Source: a virus. Taken from it: a stretch of DNA of 40,249 bases. The translations under genes and the position numbers were made by a program. Where the stretch lies: positions 1 to 40,249 of IMG/VR virus record IMGVR_UViG_3300040801_001445; one strand, given 5' to 3'. The notes under the pieces were generated by a model. It was given only the letters and a program-made list of their open reading frames with translations. It did not search any database and had not been told where the DNA came from. Shown here in pieces: positions 39,178 through 40,249 of the stretch. Within the stretch, counting starts at the first letter, position 1; every line of letters starts with the position of its first letter.

Positions 39178-39755
39178 CCACGCTCCTCCTGTTTAAACGC
39201 CCATACAGCCATGGGTCGGCCATGGCCCTGCTTGCGCTTGCTCTGTGTCCAGCCGATGCGCTGCAGCGGCCAGTCCTTCCTACGCGAGTCGAACACGGCG
39301 CCCATGATCCGGGGGTCGGCGCCCTCGGGGTAGCCGCCCATCTGCACGATCACGTCGTCGCTGGTCACCTGTCCACGCACCGTCGCGAGCTGCAGCGCGA
39401 TGCGCCGCGCGCGCTCGATCCAGGCCACGCGGATGTCGCTCTGCTGAACCGTCACCAGCGCCTCGTCGCGCCGGCGCCGGGCCTCTGGCAGATCCATCTG
39501 CTCCTCGGGGGTCTCTGGAGGACGCGGGCGCGCGCCGCTGTAGTGTGCACACCAGCGAGCCTTCCAGACCGGATCGAACAGCGCGGGGTACATGAACCAT
39601 CCCTCGCGGATGCCGTGCTCGTCGCCCACCATGGCGGGGTCCGGGTTAGCGCAGCGGATGTGATGCGTGCCAGGCACGAAGCGCTTGTGGCGACAGCTCC
39701 AGCACTCATCGTTCATGGTGCGGACGGTTTGATCGGTCACGTTTACATCTCCCAT
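39174..39755 (-). CDS. Hypothetical protein, 193 aa, with an N-terminal Cys/His cluster (CWSC...HHIRC)
   Basis: ORF-track 39174..39755. Confidence 0.65.
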   Translation of the reverse strand: MGDVNVTDQTVRTMNDECWSCRHKRFVPGTHHIRCANPDPAMVGDEHGIREGWFMYPALFDPVWKARWCAHYSGARPRPPETPEEQMDLPEARRRRDEALVTVQQSDIRVAWIERARRIALQLATVRGQVTSDDVIVQMGGYPEGADPRIMGAVFDSRRKDWPLQRIGWTQSKRKQGHGRPMAVWAFKQEERG

Positions 39756-39756
39756 C

Positions 39757-39825
39757 TCAGCTCCAGAATCTCAGGCCGGCGATGAACACCGCGGCCAGCA
39801 CGAACACGAACTCCACCAGGCTCAT
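39757..39825 (-). CDS. Small hydrophobic peptide, 22 aa (MSLVEFVFVLAAVFIAGLRFWS)
   Basis: Manual translation. The ATG shares a base with the upstream TGA, and third-position G/C is high. Confidence 0.45.
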   Translation of the reverse strand: MSLVEFVFVLAAVFIAGLRFWS

Positions 39826-40103
39826 CAGTGCAGCTCCCCGCTCTCGGCGAGCGACTGCGCCTGGACGCTCCAGAACACGTCGCGCATCTCGGCCGTGATG
39901 GACATGACCTGGTTCACGGTGAACGGCAGCGAGGCCGGCGTCAGGCACACGAAGCGCTCGATGAAGTCGGGCGCGTCGCGATGGCTGACCATGACCACGA
40001 GATGCTGGTGCCCGTCGATGGCCTGCGGCACGAACGCCCACTGGCCCTGCCAGCCGTCCTCGGTCAGATCCTCCAGCACATCGGATGCCGTGAGTCCGGT
40101 CAT
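39825..40103 (-). CDS. Hypothetical protein, 92 aa
   Basis: ORF-track 39825..40103. The ATG overlaps the stop of the junction-spanning gene (ATGA). Confidence 0.65.
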   Translation of the reverse strand: MTGLTASDVLEDLTEDGWQGQWAFVPQAIDGHQHLVVMVSHRDAPDFIERFVCLTPASLPFTVNQVMSITAEMRDVFWSVQAQSLAESGELH

Positions 40104-40249
40104 GCCTCATCCTCCCCGCTATCCGTGCCGATCGCTGCGCGAGCGCGATACACGCAGTCCATGTCGCGCTCGTATCGGCGCATCATGTCGGGGTACTGCT
40201 CGCGGTCGGGGTACTCCTGATCGACTCGCTCGGCCAGATCGTCCGCGCA
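40100..40249 (-). CDS. 3' part of the junction-spanning 92-aa ORF (the same gene as 1..246)
   Basis: The stop lies at 40100..40102. The frame is open to the window end and in phase with 1..246 once the 117-bp duplicate is collapsed. Confidence 0.7.
   Translation of the reverse strand, partial: CADDLAERVDQEYPDREQYPDMMRRYERDMDCVYRARAAIGTDSGEDEA
40133..40249. repeat. Right copy of the 117-bp direct terminal duplication
   Basis: Identical to 1..117. Confidence 0.95.

Noticed and set aside
1-40249. A lysogeny module (integrase, CI-like repressor, attP)
   Set aside because: No tyrosine or serine recombinase-like ORF was recognised. The RHH protein alone is not evidence of temperate growth. Lifestyle therefore remains undetermined.

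Overview
The window appears to be one complete tailed-phage genome of about 40.1 kb with high G+C (roughly two thirds by eye). Bases 1..117 are identical to 40133..40249, and this duplication lies inside a coding sequence. I therefore read it as a circular-assembly overlap, which gives a unique length of 40132 bp, and not as a physical terminal repeat.

Layout:
- A noncoding divergent control region of about 1.1 kb (2415..3511) separates two transcription units.
- A rightward early operon runs 3512..9079. It encodes a SprT-like metalloprotease, an AAA_5/MoxR-like ATPase, a CsrA-like protein and several small membrane peptides.
- One very long leftward gene set starts at 2414, crosses the circular junction and ends at 9064.
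- The leftward set begins with small early/middle genes: an RHH regulator, a YqaJ-like exonuclease plus RecT, and a PD-(D/E)XK-like nuclease.
- After a terminator/promoter gap (33635..33809) comes a packaging and virion module in T7-like order: TerL, portal, scaffold, capsid, tail tubular A and B, internal virion proteins and three receptor-binding proteins. A lysis cassette is embedded within this module.
- Many adjacent genes overlap by ATGA, GTGA or TGATG, which suggests translational coupling.
- I could not recognise an RNA polymerase, DNA polymerase, integrase, tRNA, CRISPR array or reverse transcriptase.

Main unexplained signals:
1. An AT-rich motif, CGTTTACACG, is strongly over-represented. 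The 8-mer core occurs 19 times on both strands, with further CGTTTA(A/C)A(C/T) variants. It is built from rare codons inside genes and also forms dyads in regulatory DNA.
2. A phage CsrA-like gene occurs together with a leader repeated four times. The leader is predicted to fold so that a GGA lies in the loop and the Shine-Dalgarno (SD) sequence lies in the stem.
3. A 20-nt element is repeated at three consecutive gene ends.
4. Two long structured noncoding regions are present.

All homology calls were made by eye from the ORF-track peptides. They need HMM or structure searches.
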